Assembly (NCBI RefSeq): GCF_036321535.1
Contig: NC_087447.1
Location: forward strand, 35,094,001 to 35,158,000
DNA from: Camelus dromedarius
Taxonomy: Eukaryota
Reading direction: 5' to 3'
DNA: 64,000 bases
Part shown: positions 47,001 to 60,280 of the stretch, one piece after another
Layout of the letters: every line of letters starts with the position of its first letter
Position numbering within the stretch: the stretch's first letter is position 1
Position numbers and translations under genes: made by a program
The notes under the pieces: generated by a model
The model's database searches: none
Seen by the model: only the letters and a program-made list of their open reading frames with translations
What the model was told of the DNA's origin: nothing

Positions 47001-50000
47001 TTGAACAAGAGTGGGTATTAAAGTCAATGATTATTAGGTATAATGTCTGAAGTGTACTAGAGAAATACATCAGTTAGCTCTCTGACTAAAAATCACTAGC
47101 TGCCCTAAAACAAACCCCAAAATGCTAGAGACTTAACACTGGAAATTTCTTGCCTTGATAATTGTTCACTGGAGTGTTCCTCGTTGGCAGGCAGCTTTCC
47201 TCCACTTGGTGCTTCAGGGACCCAGGCTTTTTCCAATTTATGGTGCCACCATCTCCCAGGACTTCAGAGTCCTCTGCATCAAGGAAGACAAGCAAAGAGA
47301 GGCTGGTGAAGGAGTGCTCTCCTCCTTACCTACCTTGGCTTAGAAGTTAAATCTCTGCTGCTTATGGTCCATTGGTTAAAAACTAGTTGCAAGGAGGACT
47401 GGAAAATGTCTTTCCATCCTAAGTAACTGATTCTCAGCACCACCTCTGTATTATGAAAGGGGGAGTGTGAACTTTTATAGAAATTCTCGGCCATAATAAG
47501 GAAGACTAGAAGCCACACAGGAGGCTACTGCAGTGTCTAGCATGACACAGAACATACGTTAGGGCTGCTGCTGCTTATCCTGTTCTTACACTGATCCTGA
47601 ACATGTGTCGCATTCTGCTTAGAATGTAAAATCTTACCTTTTCATTGCTTGTGGAAATGTAAACAAAAAGGGATAGAAAAGAAAGCAAGTTTGCAGTTTT
47701 CAATAGGAAAGCAATTTTATAAAGATATGGCATTTGAGCTAAAGTAAACTGCAGTATTCTTGCTACTTTTTTCATGTCCTGTATCATTCTGAATTAGTTA
47801 TTTGTCATTCTGAAATATTCATGACCTATTGCTTTATAATAGGCCTGGAAATAGATGTTAAGATTAGATTAATTTTTCTTCCTTCAAAGACTTTAGTGTG
47901 AAAGAAGTAGAATGTTAAATTAAATAAAACTTGTCCTGACAAAACTATGGTTCTAAGACTGCATAAATGAAGTACCGATTTATACTACCACATGAACGGA
48001 CCTTGAAAATATTATGCTAAGTGAAAAAAACCAGACACGTATTATATGATTCCATTTATATGAAATGTCCAGAATAGGCAAATCCATTGATAAAATAGAT
48101 TAATGGTTACCAGGCCTGGGGGGGGACGGGAAATTGGAAGTGATTACTAATGGGTACAGGTTTCTTTTGGGGATGATAAAAATGTTCTGGAATTAGATAG
48201 TGGTAATGGAAAAAAACCCACTGAACTATAATACCTTTAGAAGCTAAATTTTACGATATGTGAATTATATCTCAATTTTTAAAATGCATAAGGTTGTGAT
48301 TTAGTTGGGAGTTCTGTTGGACTGAACAGTTAACAAGAGATTAAAACGTGGTCTCAATAGTGACCCTCCCCCCCACACCAGCCACAATCTCCAGCCCACA
48401 CTCCTTGGTGCTACACAGATACTGTACATGCTTACTCCCAGTCCTAGCAAATAAGTTCACAGACAAACATAAGAAGGTATTGGGATAGTGGAAATCAGCA
48501 AGCTTTCATAAGAAGCTTTCTGAAATGTTATCTATTATCATTGTTCATGCACTGGGACAGAATTGAACAGAATTGGTGCTTTGGAAAGTTGAAAACTGCT
48601 AGTGAATTCTTCTTTTGGGAGAAGGGGAAGTCATGAAGAAGATTAGCTGATCAAGATGACTGAGTAATCCTTCAGAACCTAATGAACTCATGAATGAAGT
48701 ATATGAGATGAGATATACACAAAATATAGTAAGGTTGAAAATGGAACCATCAGATAAGCCAGTTTGAACAACTTTGCCTAGCATAGTTTGTCTTAAATTA
48801 GTGATCAGTAGATACTTGAGAGAAAAGTTTAGCAACCTTTATGGGATACAGGCACTTTCTTACTAACTGTGGTATTGAAGGAAGGATCCTTTAACATTTA
48901 GTATCGTGAACAACAATCTAGTGATTTCTAAAATGGAATCTATCTGTAATTTCAGAGTTCATAATACTGTCTTTAATAAAAATTAATCTGGGAACATGTG
49001 TTTCCAAGGTAGCACTGTTATTTTAAAGGCCTTAAATAATATTTGTGACTACTGCTTACATCCATCCCCGAGTTTGTGCCAGATACTTAATTTATCCATT
49101 GGGAATATAACAAGTTTTGGTTAGCTGTATGGTGTCAAATGAACAACAGTAATATCTGAATTTTTCAGCATACTGCTTTGGCTAGTGCTGTTTTTATATG
49201 CATGAAGCAAAAACCTTGCTACACATAAAAAGTCAAAATCACCTTTATTAAATTAATTAAACAGAATTTTCATGTTTGAAAATGATCAAGCTGAGTTGAA
49301 AACAGATAGGAAATAGCCAGATTTTTCATTTTTGCCAAAAGGTAAATCTGTAGCTGACTTAAATTTGTTTTCTGTTTTTAGCCACAGTCAGACTTGTTGG
49401 GGCTTATTCAGGTCATGATTGTGGTGTTTGGAGATGAACCTCCAGTCTTCTCTCGTCCTACTATTTCAGCATCCTATCCACCATACCAGGCAACAGGGCC
49501 ACCAAATAGTAAGTAGAATAGAGATTTGATTTTTAAACTCATAGAAATAAAAGAAAACCATGTAAAAATGTTTTTGTTAATAACTCCACTTTGCATTTTA
49601 GCTTTTCAAGTTAGTGGATTTGTTGGAGGTATTCTGAGGCCCCACATCTGCATGTACAGATTCCCAACAAAGACTGGCATTTGGGCTTTCGTTTGTGGGT
49701 AGAAGTCTAACTATGGGTGTGCTGGATTCCAAAACGGAGAAAGAATGCTGGAAGAGAGCTAGAATTTTTGTTTTTATTATGCATGCCATGGAATAGCTTT
49801 ATTTGATCAGTTTGGAAGTAGGTATTAACATGAAAGACAATCTGCCCTCTCCTTTTCTTTGCAACTCCAGAATCAGTGTTGTAGATAAGAATCAATTATA
49901 AAATCAACTAAATCATTCATGTTCAGCTATTCTGGGTATACACAATGGACATCTATCTAGCTCTCAGTTTTCTTCTCCTTAGTACAGCCAATTCATGATT

Positions 50001-53000
50001 TTACTTTGAGTAGAGAGGTTGGGCCATGGAGTCAATATCAGTTCTCCCCTGATTGGTATACATTATTTCTGTTATTTCTGGTTTTTTAAAAAATAATTCT
50101 TACTGATACTTTAAAATCACCCTAAATAATTGAGAGTTGGTTGTACTTAACTTGTTTTGACTTTACTAAACCTGTATTGATTTGTGTTTTGAGTTGTGAT
50201 TTTTAAATAAATTTTAAGATTGTTAATTAACCAAACTTATGTATCTTATAAATTAGATTATGTGAGCTTTCATTTTTCTCCTGATGAAAATTATCCTTTT
50301 CCTTTTTAATTTGTTCTGTCTTGAGAAGCATCTTGACTCACAAGTTGAATGGGAATTTAACAGGAAGAATTTTCTGAATCCATTTCCTTTCTTTCCCTCC
50401 TTTCCCAGAATAAGCATGATTATAGCATTTAGTAGCTATTTTAATAAAGATTTAGGGATTCTCTTGGACCAGAAATTTGTTGTCAACTTAATAAAATATC
50501 TTGGCTTTAATATCCAAGATTAGATAATCTTGCTCATCTAAGTTTGAAATGCCAAATATTTCCTAGTTCATCATTTATTTTTATTTGCTCAAATAACATA
50601 GCCAGTTACCACTTAAGATAAAGGTAACCTTTCAGAAATTTAGACAGTCTCCTAAGCAACAATCTTCCTAAGTTTCTTTGAGTTTTATATTGACATTGGA
50701 AGTGAAGCATTCTAGAAAGAGACCACACTAAAGAGATCACTATTACAGTTCAGTTTTTCACTCACTCACTATAAATCACATTAAACAATCTAGATCTAAT
50801 ATAAGTAAATTACTAAAAGAGACTAATTTATTATATTCATTACAGTTTTAATACTTTTATGCATTTAAACAGTATTTATTATGATCAGGTATGACTGCAA
50901 AGAAATGAAGGTCTGAATTCCATTTTGCACACATACACCAAGGAATAGCCCAGAAATTTGGATCCATACTTAAACAAGTACTATCTCCTAGTTGAGAAAT
51001 TATATTCCTCTTCCTCTTATTATTATTATAATAAACATTTTTGATCTCCTGGTTTTAGGATGACTTTTGAGCTAGCTATAAGTCATACTAAAAAAAATGT
51101 TATGACCAAACCTCATTTTTTGATGACTAACAGTAACAGTCAACATTTATTGAATGGGAACTATGATACAGCTAAACACTTCATATTAGTTCTTATTTAA
51201 TTCTTATAATAACCCTGTATATTATGCATACCTGTATTCCATTTTATTCTGGCTCTGAAATTACTTTGCCTCATTATCTGCTTCCTTACCAGTCTTGGGT
51301 TCAAATAACTTTTGTTTCCCAGAATCAAAATTTGAAGACTTTGGTTGAATTAGTAGCTTTTTGGAACCTTAGAAAAGGAAAATTGCTTATAATTATGAGG
51401 AAATTGCTTATAACTATGAATTGGTGGTTTTTATGTGTGTGAGAGTATTATGGGGAAAGAAACTAGTAATTGACTATACATGTTGCTGACACGTAATTAG
51501 TGACCTCATCTTTTGATGTTCATAAAGATCAACTTTGTGCTTTGCTCCTGGGGAAGAAAAAATGTTTTATGGAACCTTGCAATCGTGACATTTGAGGAGT
51601 TTTTCTCCCTTTCTGAAATAGCATTGAAAATCATCTTAGCTTCATTATACTTAAGAAAAAAATTTACTTATGACATCTATAAATTCATCCTAATAGGAAG
51701 ACAGAGAACACTGATACTTGGAGATGTAAGCTCAGCAGTTCCGATAAAGACCCTTGGTCAGAGCCCAGCATACTTCTGCCACCCATTTGGATTATGTGCT
51801 CTAAAAGTTCATTTCTTGAAGGTTGCACCTCTTTTGCCTTCAAGCCTTTATCCATTCATCTACTAGATCACTTTTGTTTACGCTCCACCTCCTACATTTA
51901 AATTAGCTACTTCCTGTATAATCCCATATATAGCACTCTGCTTCCTCTGTCATAGCACTTAACACTCCTTGCTTGTTTATCTCCCCCACTAGACTATAAG
52001 CAACTTGAGGCCAGGAATTCTTTCTTTTTAAATCAAATTCCTGGTGCCTGTCACATGAAGGCACTAAAATATTTATTGGATTAAGGGCTATTTCATCATT
52101 GTATTCAGTGAGAAAAATTTCACTGAGGATAAATTGATTCTCACACAAGTCATTTCCAGATAAAGCCAAAGTTAACTTCTTCTCTTTTTCTTCCTTGATT
52201 TTGGTTAGCCTCTTGGCACCACTGACTAGTTCTATGTCATTAGTGTTCTCTTTAAAATGTATATAAAGCATTCTTTAAGCTTGCTAGATTTGAATCTTTT
52301 TCCCCCTAGTATTTCCAAGATTTGTTTGTTTTGTTTTAACCAGTCTAGCTGAATATAAGTTTTGTATTGGACTTATTACAGTAATTTGAAGTCCTTTAAA
52401 GTCCTCAATCAAGCCAACAAAACCAGCTGTGCTAATCGGTCAACATAGTCTTAAAAGAAATATCGAAAAATTTCTTAGATATAATAAAGAGGTCACTTTC
52501 TAAAAAGCTGACCTTGGACCAGAGGAGGGCAGAATTACCTTCCTCTGAATTCCATATTGAACTGGCTCCTGTCTCAGGTTATAGACTCCTTGAGAGCTTG
52601 AAGAGCTGACCAGGTTGACCTGTTTGCCAGTTACTCCTTGTTGGGATTGTCATGTGTGTTGTCATAACTCATGTTTAATGCTTTTAGAGTTATGTGATTT
52701 GAAGGTGTTTATTAGTTGCAGTAAAGAACTAATATGGGTGGAGTGTTTGTTTTATTTTTGTACTGAGATTTGGATTCTTCAGCTGTATGAAATTTTGCTG
52801 TGGTTTGATGGTGATGTATGTCTTATTGATAACCTCTATATCTGGGACTATGCATATTATTTTTAAATGTTAAAAATTATTTTTAGCTTCCTACATACCA
52901 GGCATGCCGAGTGGAATTTCTGCATACCCATCTGGCTACCCTCCCAATCCCAGGTAATGAAAAATTATCTTTTGAATAGTTGTATTTGAAATTCTATTAG

Positions 53001-56000
53001 ATCTAGAATAAAAGTAATGGGTGCTAACTAGGGCATTAAAGTAAATTTAGTTGCAGTTTAATAGAGGGTAAAACTCAATTTATTGGTGAAATTTTATGAT
53101 ATGTACATAGTTCAAAAGGAGTTTTTTCCATTCCAGAGAAATGCAGCTCCATTCTGTTTACAGAGAGGAAAGGGGTAGGGAAATGACAATGATTCTTATT
53201 AGTTTTGGAGACCTTGATATTCTTGCTGCTTCCCTTTAAGAACTTTGTGTATCCAGTATAAATAGCTGAAAGGTTAACAGAATACTAATTATGACTTCAG
53301 CCACAGAGAAGAATATTTTAATACCATTTAAAAAAACTGATCTTTTCTGTAAATTACAGGGAATGAATTAATGGTTCACATGGGGTCAGTCTTGTCCCTG
53401 TGATATTTATTCATTCATAGACTACATGTACTACCAACCTTTATTATCCATAGGATAATAACAGAGGTAAATTAAATTAACAGTGAAATTAGTCTATGAA
53501 TAACACACATTAGAAAAATCAGTGAGAGATAATTATTCACCTGTGTTTTAAATGTGCACTCTTCCCAGTGATAATCTAGGAGTACTTTCCAAAGGTAGTC
53601 TTGGGGCTAACTTAGAATGCAATACTGGCATATACTTGGTACCTAGATGAAATTTTCAGCTATTCAAAATTAACAAGAATTAACAAGTAAATTTTAACCC
53701 TGCTAACTCTTCTTAGCTTCATAGAACTCTTGCAGATAAATGCAGCCAGATTTCCCGAACACCTGCTGTAACTAAATATATGTGTACATATGTCATATGC
53801 AGGATCTTTTAAGTTAAATTTAGCAAACATTTATTTTGGGGCCTTTTCTTACTTTCAGGGACTAGCTTATAAGGTAGTAAACATTCTGTCACACTTAGAT
53901 TGGTAAGCAGAGACTAGATAGAACACGTCAGAGACAATAGAGAAAGATCCCTATGGTTGTTATATATCAGCAGGCTATATGTTTTAGGTTTCTGGAGGCC
54001 CTCAATTTTCTATTTAAGTTGTAGAAATGGAATCCTGTCTGAAGCCTTGAAATTATAAGCCTTGGAAATTGCTAGTAAGAAGGAACTTTGGGCATATAGG
54101 GAATGGTTATTAGAAGCACAGTAAGGAAATGGACTTCTGAACAATAAAGCCACTTAAAAGAAACTTGTAGATAAAAATGAAGGCTTAAAAATATTGATAA
54201 AAGTGTAAATCTTACTCATTTATATAGCCTTAAAAGTACCTTTTGTGAGCTTATTTGTAAGAAGTTCCCTTTTGAGGCAGCTGTTTTTCAAAGATTTGAT
54301 GGGTTTTTTGTGAGTGTGAAATACAACTTTTAATCTCACAATTTGCTGATGAGTTGTTAAAGGTAACTATTCAAAATGCCATCTATATCTTTCTGCATAT
54401 GAAAGGTCTTGGCAGAAGAGCCTCAGAACCTCTTTCTCTTCTCTTTGTCCTAAAGGAGAATTAATAAATCAGTCACTCCAGGAATCTTTATTTTAAAACA
54501 ATGAATATGAGAGGATTTATTCTTGCTCTAGGAAGTTGGGCTAGATGATCTGTGAGGTCTTTCAAATCTTAAGATCTTTTGAAAATTTTATTTAGCACAT
54601 GCAGCATGTATACAAGGAAACTAAAAAGTATGTCAAGAATGGTTTTTCCAGTTTTGCTATGTGCACTAGCAAGCATGTCCTATTAGGAAACAGTTTCTGA
54701 TAACCAGCAAAGACAGGAAATGGTAAGTGCTGCAATGAACAGCCTTAAAGGAGAGGTCACATGTGATTTGGAAGTGGGAGCTTGGAGGTAGCTTCATAAA
54801 TGAAGGAACTGGTTTATGAGGATGACCTGGAGAAGAAAAGTAAGTGTTTGGTGGTGGAGGGAGCAGCAAACAGTAATAACATTTTATAACTGAGAGAAAA
54901 ACAAGTTTTCTTTTTTACTCAAGAAAAATTATTAACCGTGAACATAGAGAATAACCATAAAGAAGAAATTAAGCACACTAAGTGAAGAGACAGGGAGTTA
55001 TCTGAAGTTAGTATCTGTAGGCCTAGAAGAGTTTTACACCACCTTACTGAAAAATTCAGCAACATAATCAATGATTGTCTTGGAAAAAGTATGCAAAATG
55101 GTAGGAACTCCAGAAGAAAAGCAAATTTATTCCAGTCTTCAGAAAGGTAGATTCAGAAATTTGAATAAGATTGACATTGCTTCCTTGCAGCATTACAGCA
55201 TGGATCACTAGAGACTAGAATAAAAGTACTGTGCAGTAGCCTTCAGCCCGTGTCCTCTGGGAGCAGAAATGCTTTTTTTTCTTATTTTGCTTTTATACTA
55301 ATAGGTAAAAGTATCATGATTACATTGAATCTTCAACAAGTTATATATAAAATAGTTCTGTTGGGGACAAATTATGAAGTGTGAACTACTAGTACAAATA
55401 GGAGAGAATCTTTGAGGTACCACCCTGAAAAAAGGGTTACTAAGTATAAACTCAGAGCTCTTGCTCTGGGGCTCTGGGCTGGCTCTTTTTAGTCAGTAAT
55501 GTTAATGGACTCCAGGAGGCATGTTGATCAGAATTATAAATGTCAGAAATCTGACAATTGTAGTTAAAATGTGATTAATCAAAATTTATTGTTTTGAGTA
55601 ACAGGTAGCTAGTAATAATCCTGTTTTACTTTTCTTCTCCATTAGAAGAGAAACATTGCCAAACTAGAGATCATTCAGAGGAAAGTGATTAGATCTGAAA
55701 ACCATGGCTTTGAAGAATGTTTGAAGGAATTAAAAGTATTTCACCTGAGAAGGATGATATAGCTCAGTGGTAGGATGCGTACTTAGCATGCATGAGGTTC
55801 TGGATTAAATCCCAGTATCGCCATTAAAGAAAAGAAAAAAGAATTCACCTGAAGAAGAGAAGACTGAGGGGAAAGTGTTAGACATCTTCAAATATGCAAG
55901 TGACCTTCCAGAATGCAAATTTAGGACCGTTAATTAGACGTTACTATATCAAAATGAAGTTAGTGTTCAGTAGAGAAAGATGACCATTTGTCAGGGATAC

Positions 56001-56674
56001 AGTAAATGATATTTATAAAACAGTGTTCGATAGGAGATTGGAGGAGAATACTTCTAAGTAAAGTTCCTTCTGACTCTGATATGAATACAGGAATGACACA
56101 AACTTTCCATAAAGTGAAAGGAAAGTTTTTAAAATTATTTAAAGGAGTATTTTCAGATCAGATATTTGAAAAGGTTATCAATGGTAAATGGTTATCACAG
56201 GTAAAAATTAAATAGTATTATTTCCCTATATGCTGTGAAATCAGAATGGAAAAAAGTTCTCAAAATATTCATTGCTTCCAGTTTTGATACTATTGGACTG
56301 CCCTGAAAAAGACTCTTAGTGGCTTTGTTCTGCTGTGAAGATGACCCTCAAATAACCAGGGCCAAGCAAAAGTATTTTAATCATTTACTTTAAGAGTAAA
56401 TCCAGTGTCATTAATGGAATTTCTATAGAACTTTGCTTGAATAGACACCTGTAGCTCAAAAACTGTAAAATCATTAACTAGTAAAACAACAAACTGTCAA
56501 GCTTAGCTTCCTGAATGAGGTTCTTAAAGATACTATAGTGTTGGGTCATCTTAACATTTAATGTTTTCTGTTCTTTTCTTAGTGGTTATCCAGGCTGTCC
56601 TTACCCACCTGGTGGTCAGTATCCTGTCACAACAAGTTCCCAATACCCTTCCCAGCCTCCTGTGACCACTGTTG
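31558..56674 (+). CDS. TSG101: Tumor susceptibility gene 101 protein (ESCRT-I), 3'-partial; join(31558..31599,37465..37549,39717..39782,43027..43190,49382..49508,52887..52953,56583..56674)
   Basis: Seven GT-AG exons give an open frame [85 protein letters not shown]...PSQPPVTTV(G): UEV domain plus proline-rich region. Remaining exons not seen in the window. Confidence 0.98.
33780..35080 (-). mobile_element. L2 LINE fragment
   Basis: gcaaaggccctgagacag, gggaagccactga and gtcaaatgctgctgataggttaagtaag are typical antisense L2a segments; approximate ends. Confidence 0.8.
35430..35860 (+). mobile_element. L1 3' end (L1MB/MC-like)
   Basis: ggaatattattcagcaataaaaagga...ggtatgtgaattatatctcaataaagct. 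Confidence 0.8.
37465..37549 (+). CDS. TSG101: TSG101 exon 2 (85 nt)
   Basis: ttttcag|TACAAA...TCATATG|gtgagt; [28 protein letters not shown]. Confidence 0.96.
38941..39063 (+). mobile_element. Vic-1-like SINE with B box deleted
   Basis: gggtatagctcagtggtag head; perfect 14-bp TSD aaaagaattgaggt at 38927-38940 and 39064-39077. Confidence 0.88.
39717..39782 (+). CDS. TSG101: TSG101 exon 3 (66 nt)
   Basis: ctttcag|TTTTTAAT...TATAGAG|gtaaat; (V)[21 protein letters not shown]. Confidence 0.96.
40950..42055 (-). mobile_element. L1 3' fragment (L1MA-like)
   Basis: ttagattccacatataagtgaaatcatac...gctggatcatatggtagttctatttttaa...tacattcccaccagcagtgtacaagggttccctt. Confidence 0.85.
43027..43190 (+). 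CDS. TSG101: TSG101 exon 4 (164 nt)
   Basis: tctcag|GTAATACA...AAACAC|gtaagt; (G)[54 protein letters not shown]. Confidence 0.97.
45060..45369. mobile_element. Tigger1-type non-autonomous TcMar transposon
   Basis: Terminal inverted repeats caggcacgcct...aggtatgtctg flanked by TA at 45058-45059 and 45370-45371. Confidence 0.85.
46102..46326. mobile_element. MER20-like hAT-Charlie element
   Basis: caaggtttctcagcct...gggccagataattcttt...agttgtgacaaccaaaaatgtctc...agttgagaaccaccg, with TIR-like ends. Confidence 0.8.
47095..47460. mobile_element. MaLR (MLT1-like) solo LTR relic
   Basis: ctccacttggtgcttcagggacccaggct...ggtgccaccatc...tccattggttaaaaactagt resembles old MLT1 LTRs. Confidence 0.45.
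47985..48285 (+). mobile_element. L1 3' end (L1MB-like)
   Basis: accttgaaaatattatgctaagtgaaa...tatgtgaattatatctcaat. Confidence 0.8.
49382..49508 (+). CDS. TSG101: TSG101 exon 5 (127 nt)
   Basis: tttttag|CCACAG...CCAAATA|gtaagt; [42 protein letters not shown]. Confidence 0.96.
52887..52953 (+). CDS. TSG101: TSG101 exon 6 (67 nt)
   Basis: ttttag|CTTCCTAC...AATCCCAG|gtaatg; (T)[21 protein letters not shown](S). Confidence 0.95.
55060..55900 (+). mobile_element. CR1/L3 LINE relic
   Basis: cctgaagaagagaagactgagggg...catcttcaaatat and ccagaagaaaagcaaatttattccagtcttcagaaagg resemble decayed CR1/L3 sequence. Confidence 0.5.
55749..55843 (+). mobile_element. Short diverged Vic-1-like SINE
   Basis: tatagctcagtggtaggatgcgtacttagcatgcatgaggttctgg plus A tail; TSD core ttcacctga at 55740-55748 and 55844-55852. 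Confidence 0.85.
56583..56674 (+). CDS. TSG101: TSG101 exon 7 (92 nt)
   Basis: ttcttag|TGGTTATC...ACTGTTG|gtaagt; [30 protein letters not shown]. Confidence 0.95.
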
Positions 56675-57349
56675 GTAAGTACCCTACAAAATTATATTTT
56701 TCCACATAAGGAAAGTCAAAAGTCTCCTGTTGTGAGAAGTGCATTTTTGTTTTTTATTGGGTAAGTTTGACATGTAACATGTTTAAGAGAGGGATATGGT
56801 GTGTTACTTTGATACATTTATATATTGTAATATGATTGCATTGTAGCAGTATTTATGACATAATTATCATACAGTATTATTGCTATATCCTGTGCATTAG
56901 ATCTCTATGGCTTATTTATTTACCACTCATTACAAATTTGTACCCTTAAATCCAACAATCTTACTTTTACATATGAAATGTTAGAATACTCTTTCTTTTT
57001 GGAGCCAAAATTCTTGATCATCAATGTGCTATAATTTAAAACTTAAAGTGATTTATCATCATATAAATGAGCCTTATACCAGGGCATAAAAATAAATTTG
57101 ATTGACTCTTACTACTCTTTCTTGTGTGTCACATGTTTTTATTGATGAACCTTACACGTGTTGAACTGAAAATGATACTTAGGTTTTCCTAGCCTGGTTA
57201 TGTGTGAAAACAGATGAGCATCTTTAGGAGAAGAAAGCACCGTTGGGAAATAGGAATGGATCAAGTAAGACAAATTATTGAGGACCAGTAGTTCTTGCTT
57301 TTTTATGTTGCTTGTTAATAGAGCTACTTGAAATGTCATTTTCTTCAGC

Positions 57350-58955
57350 TGAGAAAATGAAAGCAATTCAAGAATTCTCCAGATGCCCACCCCTACATGA
57401 CTGTCTGCCACCACCTGTGCTCCCATATCTGCTTTCTCCCTGTTACCGCAGATCAGTTATAGTTGCTTTTACCCACTAGATCGCTCTCTAGTTTACCCAA
57501 GGACATCATTTCAGCAGTTTCCCCCCTCATCAGTTTTTGTTCTCTACTTGGTTTCTCTCATCAGCACACAAAAATATGCCCTAAAATAACCTTTAAAAAT
57601 CCTCCTGTTAATTTCACTTTCCCTGCCACCATTATTCTGTTTTTCCATTCCCCTTTGCAGCAGAACTCCTTGAAACAATTGTCTGTACTCATTATCTTCA
57701 ATTCCTCTTCTTCCTTTCACCTTGAACCCCTCCATTTGGGATTTCCCTCATGTCATTCCACTAAAACTGCTTCTCAAGGTCACCATTGACCTTTATGATG
57801 TTAAATTCAATGGCCAGTTAAATATTCTCCACTTACTTGGCCTGTCAGCAGTATCTGACACAGTTGGTTACTCCCTCCTTGAAATACTTTCCTTTGTTGT
57901 TTTCCAGGACCCCAGACTCACTTGTTTTCCCTCCTATCTCACTGGTACTTATACTCAGTCTCCTTTATAGGTCCCTCCTTTTCTTAATGTTGGAATGCCC
58001 CTGGCTCTGTCCTTCGCATTCTCTATGTTCACTTCCTGGTGATATCTACCAATCTCATAGCTTTAAATACCATTTCTATGTCCATAGTTCCCAAATTTAT
58101 GTCTCCAGCTTATGCCTCTCTCCAAAATTCCAGATTCTTTTATCTAGCTGCCTTCTCAGTATCTCCACTTGGATATTTAATAGATATTTCAAACTCAATG
58201 TGACCAAAATTAAACTTTCAATCTTTCTACCCTGCTTCCCCACCTCCACTGATACTTACTCAATACTCTGACTTTGGCATCATCCTTGATTCTTCATCAG
58301 AACCTGTTACCTCGTGGGGGAGGGTATAACTTAAGCGCTAGAGCACATGCTTAGAATGCATGAGGTCCTGGGTTCAGCCCCTAGAACTTCCTCTAAAAAC
58401 AAACCAACCAACCAACAAACCTAATTACTTCTCCCTCAAAAAGTAAAATAAAATAAGAACCTATTATCTTCAAAATATATCTAGAATCTGAGCATATCCA
58501 GTGTTGATCCAATTCACCAATCTCTCTCATCTAATTTACTTCAAAAGTCTCCTAAAAGTTTTCTCTTCTTTCCTTGGACCCCTGCATCAATTTTTAACAC
58601 AACAGCCAGAATGATACTGTTAAAACATAAATAAATTATATTGCTTCTCTGCATAAAACTTTCTAGTATTTTCCCATTTCACTCAGAGTTCAGTCCAAAT
58701 TCCTGAGGCTTGGAAGGTTCCATGTGACCCTGCTTTCTTCCCTTTGTTATTTCTCTGACCTCATCTCCTGCTGCTCTTCTGTCTTAGGATTTGTCCACTG
58801 CCTGTTTCCTTTGAATGGAGCAGTCAGGCCTACCCTGCTCAGGCTACTCCCACCATCACCAGCCTCCCACACATACACACACATACCCAACATCTAGAAC
58901 AGTGTTTGATACATAGAAGTTCATCTGAATATTTTGCTGAGTATCTGAATGAATG
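57350..58955 (+). mobile_element. L2 LINE fragment
   Basis: Pyrimidine-rich L2a body (ctcaaggtcaccattgacct; tcagcagtatctgacacagttg) ending ctagaacagtgtttgatacatag...tgaatgaatg. Confidence 0.8.
58313..58455 (+). mobile_element. Vic-1-like SINE inserted in an L2
   Basis: gggggagggtataacttaagcgctagagcacatgcttagaatgcatgaggtcctgggttc; TSD agaacctgttacct (58299-58312) and agaacctattatct (58456-58469). Confidence 0.88.
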
Positions 58956-59479
58956 CAGAATCTTGTGAAGTGTATTCTTCTGTTAACATTTTCTGATAAA
59001 TTGTAACCATCGTGAGATCTGTCGTAAATACCTCCCCAAAAGAGCATTTTCTTTGGCTGCTTTTGTCTTTGATACATTCTATTTATTGAGATTCTAATGG
59101 CAGTGGTTTTGTTTTTTAAAAATATTCTAACCCTTATTGTAATATAGCTCCTTTTCTGCAACGTAATTTGAATGCTTGAGTTAGAAACCTGACGATGGGA
59201 GATCTTTAATCCATAAACAAAGCACACTAAATCTTCTTGAGATCTCCATTTTGGCTCAGGCATCAATAAAATGGGAATAGTGCTATTTGTCACTCTGTTT
59301 CTCATTCAGATGATAGTATTTGATTTGTAGAGGACCTCAATTTCTAAAGATATTTATATGTTAACTCATTTCAATACAATAGGTATGAAGCATTTTATAG
59401 CTTAGAATAGATGATATCCATACATCAAAAAAAATGAATATGGGGAAAATGGTATATTTAAAATCAAATATTTTAGTTT

Positions 59480-59780
59480 AAGTTTAATCCATTTTGAGTT
59501 TATTTTTGTATATTAAGTGTGAGGTGGTAGTCTTAATTCTTTTTCATGCTGTCCAGTTTCCCAGCACCATTTATTGAAGAGGCTGTCTTTTCCTTGTTTT
59601 ATATTCTTGTCTCCTTTGTCATAGATTAATTGACCATGTAAGTATGGGTCTATTTCTGGGCTCTGAATAGTTCCATTGATCTGTGTGCCTGTTTTTACGC
59701 CATTACTGTACAGTTTGACTACTGAAGCTTTGTAATGTAGTTTGAAATCAGGGAGTATGATACCTCCAGTTTTGTTCTTT
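59480..59780 (-). mobile_element. L1 ORF2 internal fragment
   Basis: ORF 59513-59785 [18 protein letters not shown]...[16 protein letters not shown]...[11 protein letters not shown] resembles L1 ORF2p. Confidence 0.88.
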
Positions 59781-60040
59781 AACATTGTAGATTCTTAAAT
59801 TATTCTTTTCCACAAAATAATTTCAGGGAATGACTTTGATTCTGTCCCATTTTTTAAGGATGGAATTCTACTGTCCTTCATATTAATTGACCTTTGTGCT
59901 TACGCCCACCAGTAGCATCTTTCATCTTTTATGGTAGTTACTCCTTTGGTATCCTGTTTAAAAAGGTCTATACTTAACCGCCAGTTTGGAGGACTTAAAT
60001 TGTTATGTAAATTAATTTAAATCTGTCTTTGTGTTGTGTG

Positions 60041-60182
60041 TTTTTCTTTCTTTCTTTTATTTTTGGCAAGGGGAAATAATTAAGTTTGTTTATTTATTTT
60101 TGGAGGAGGTACTGGGGATTGAACCCAGAACCTCGTGCATTCTAAGCATGCACTCTACTGCTTGAGCTATACCCCTCCCTCC
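60041..60182 (-). mobile_element. Vic-1-like SINE
   Basis: Reverse complement of ggaggggtatagctcaagcagtagagtgcatgcttagaatgcacgaggttctgggttcaatccccagtacctcc with A-rich tail. Confidence 0.88.
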
Positions 60183-60280
60183 TTCTGTGTTTATTTTTAA
60201 GTGTAAACCTGGTGAGGGTTTTTTCTCATTGATTGTGGTTATAGAAACTTTATAGAGTTTAAATAAAGAGTATCACTCTA

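Noticed and set aside
2073..56582. Minor-spliceosome (U12) introns
   Set aside because: No donor matches RTATCCTT; all introns look like U2-type GT-AG.
33903..58271. ORFs of 80-144 aa at 33.9-35.0 kb and 57.4-58.3 kb
   Set aside because: They lie within L2 relics and resemble no cellular protein I recognise.
33780..58955. Oppositely oriented L2 copies in TSG101 introns 1 and 7 as a dsRNA/circRNA driver
   Set aside because: Ancient, heavily diverged and over 20 kb apart; stable pairing is unlikely.
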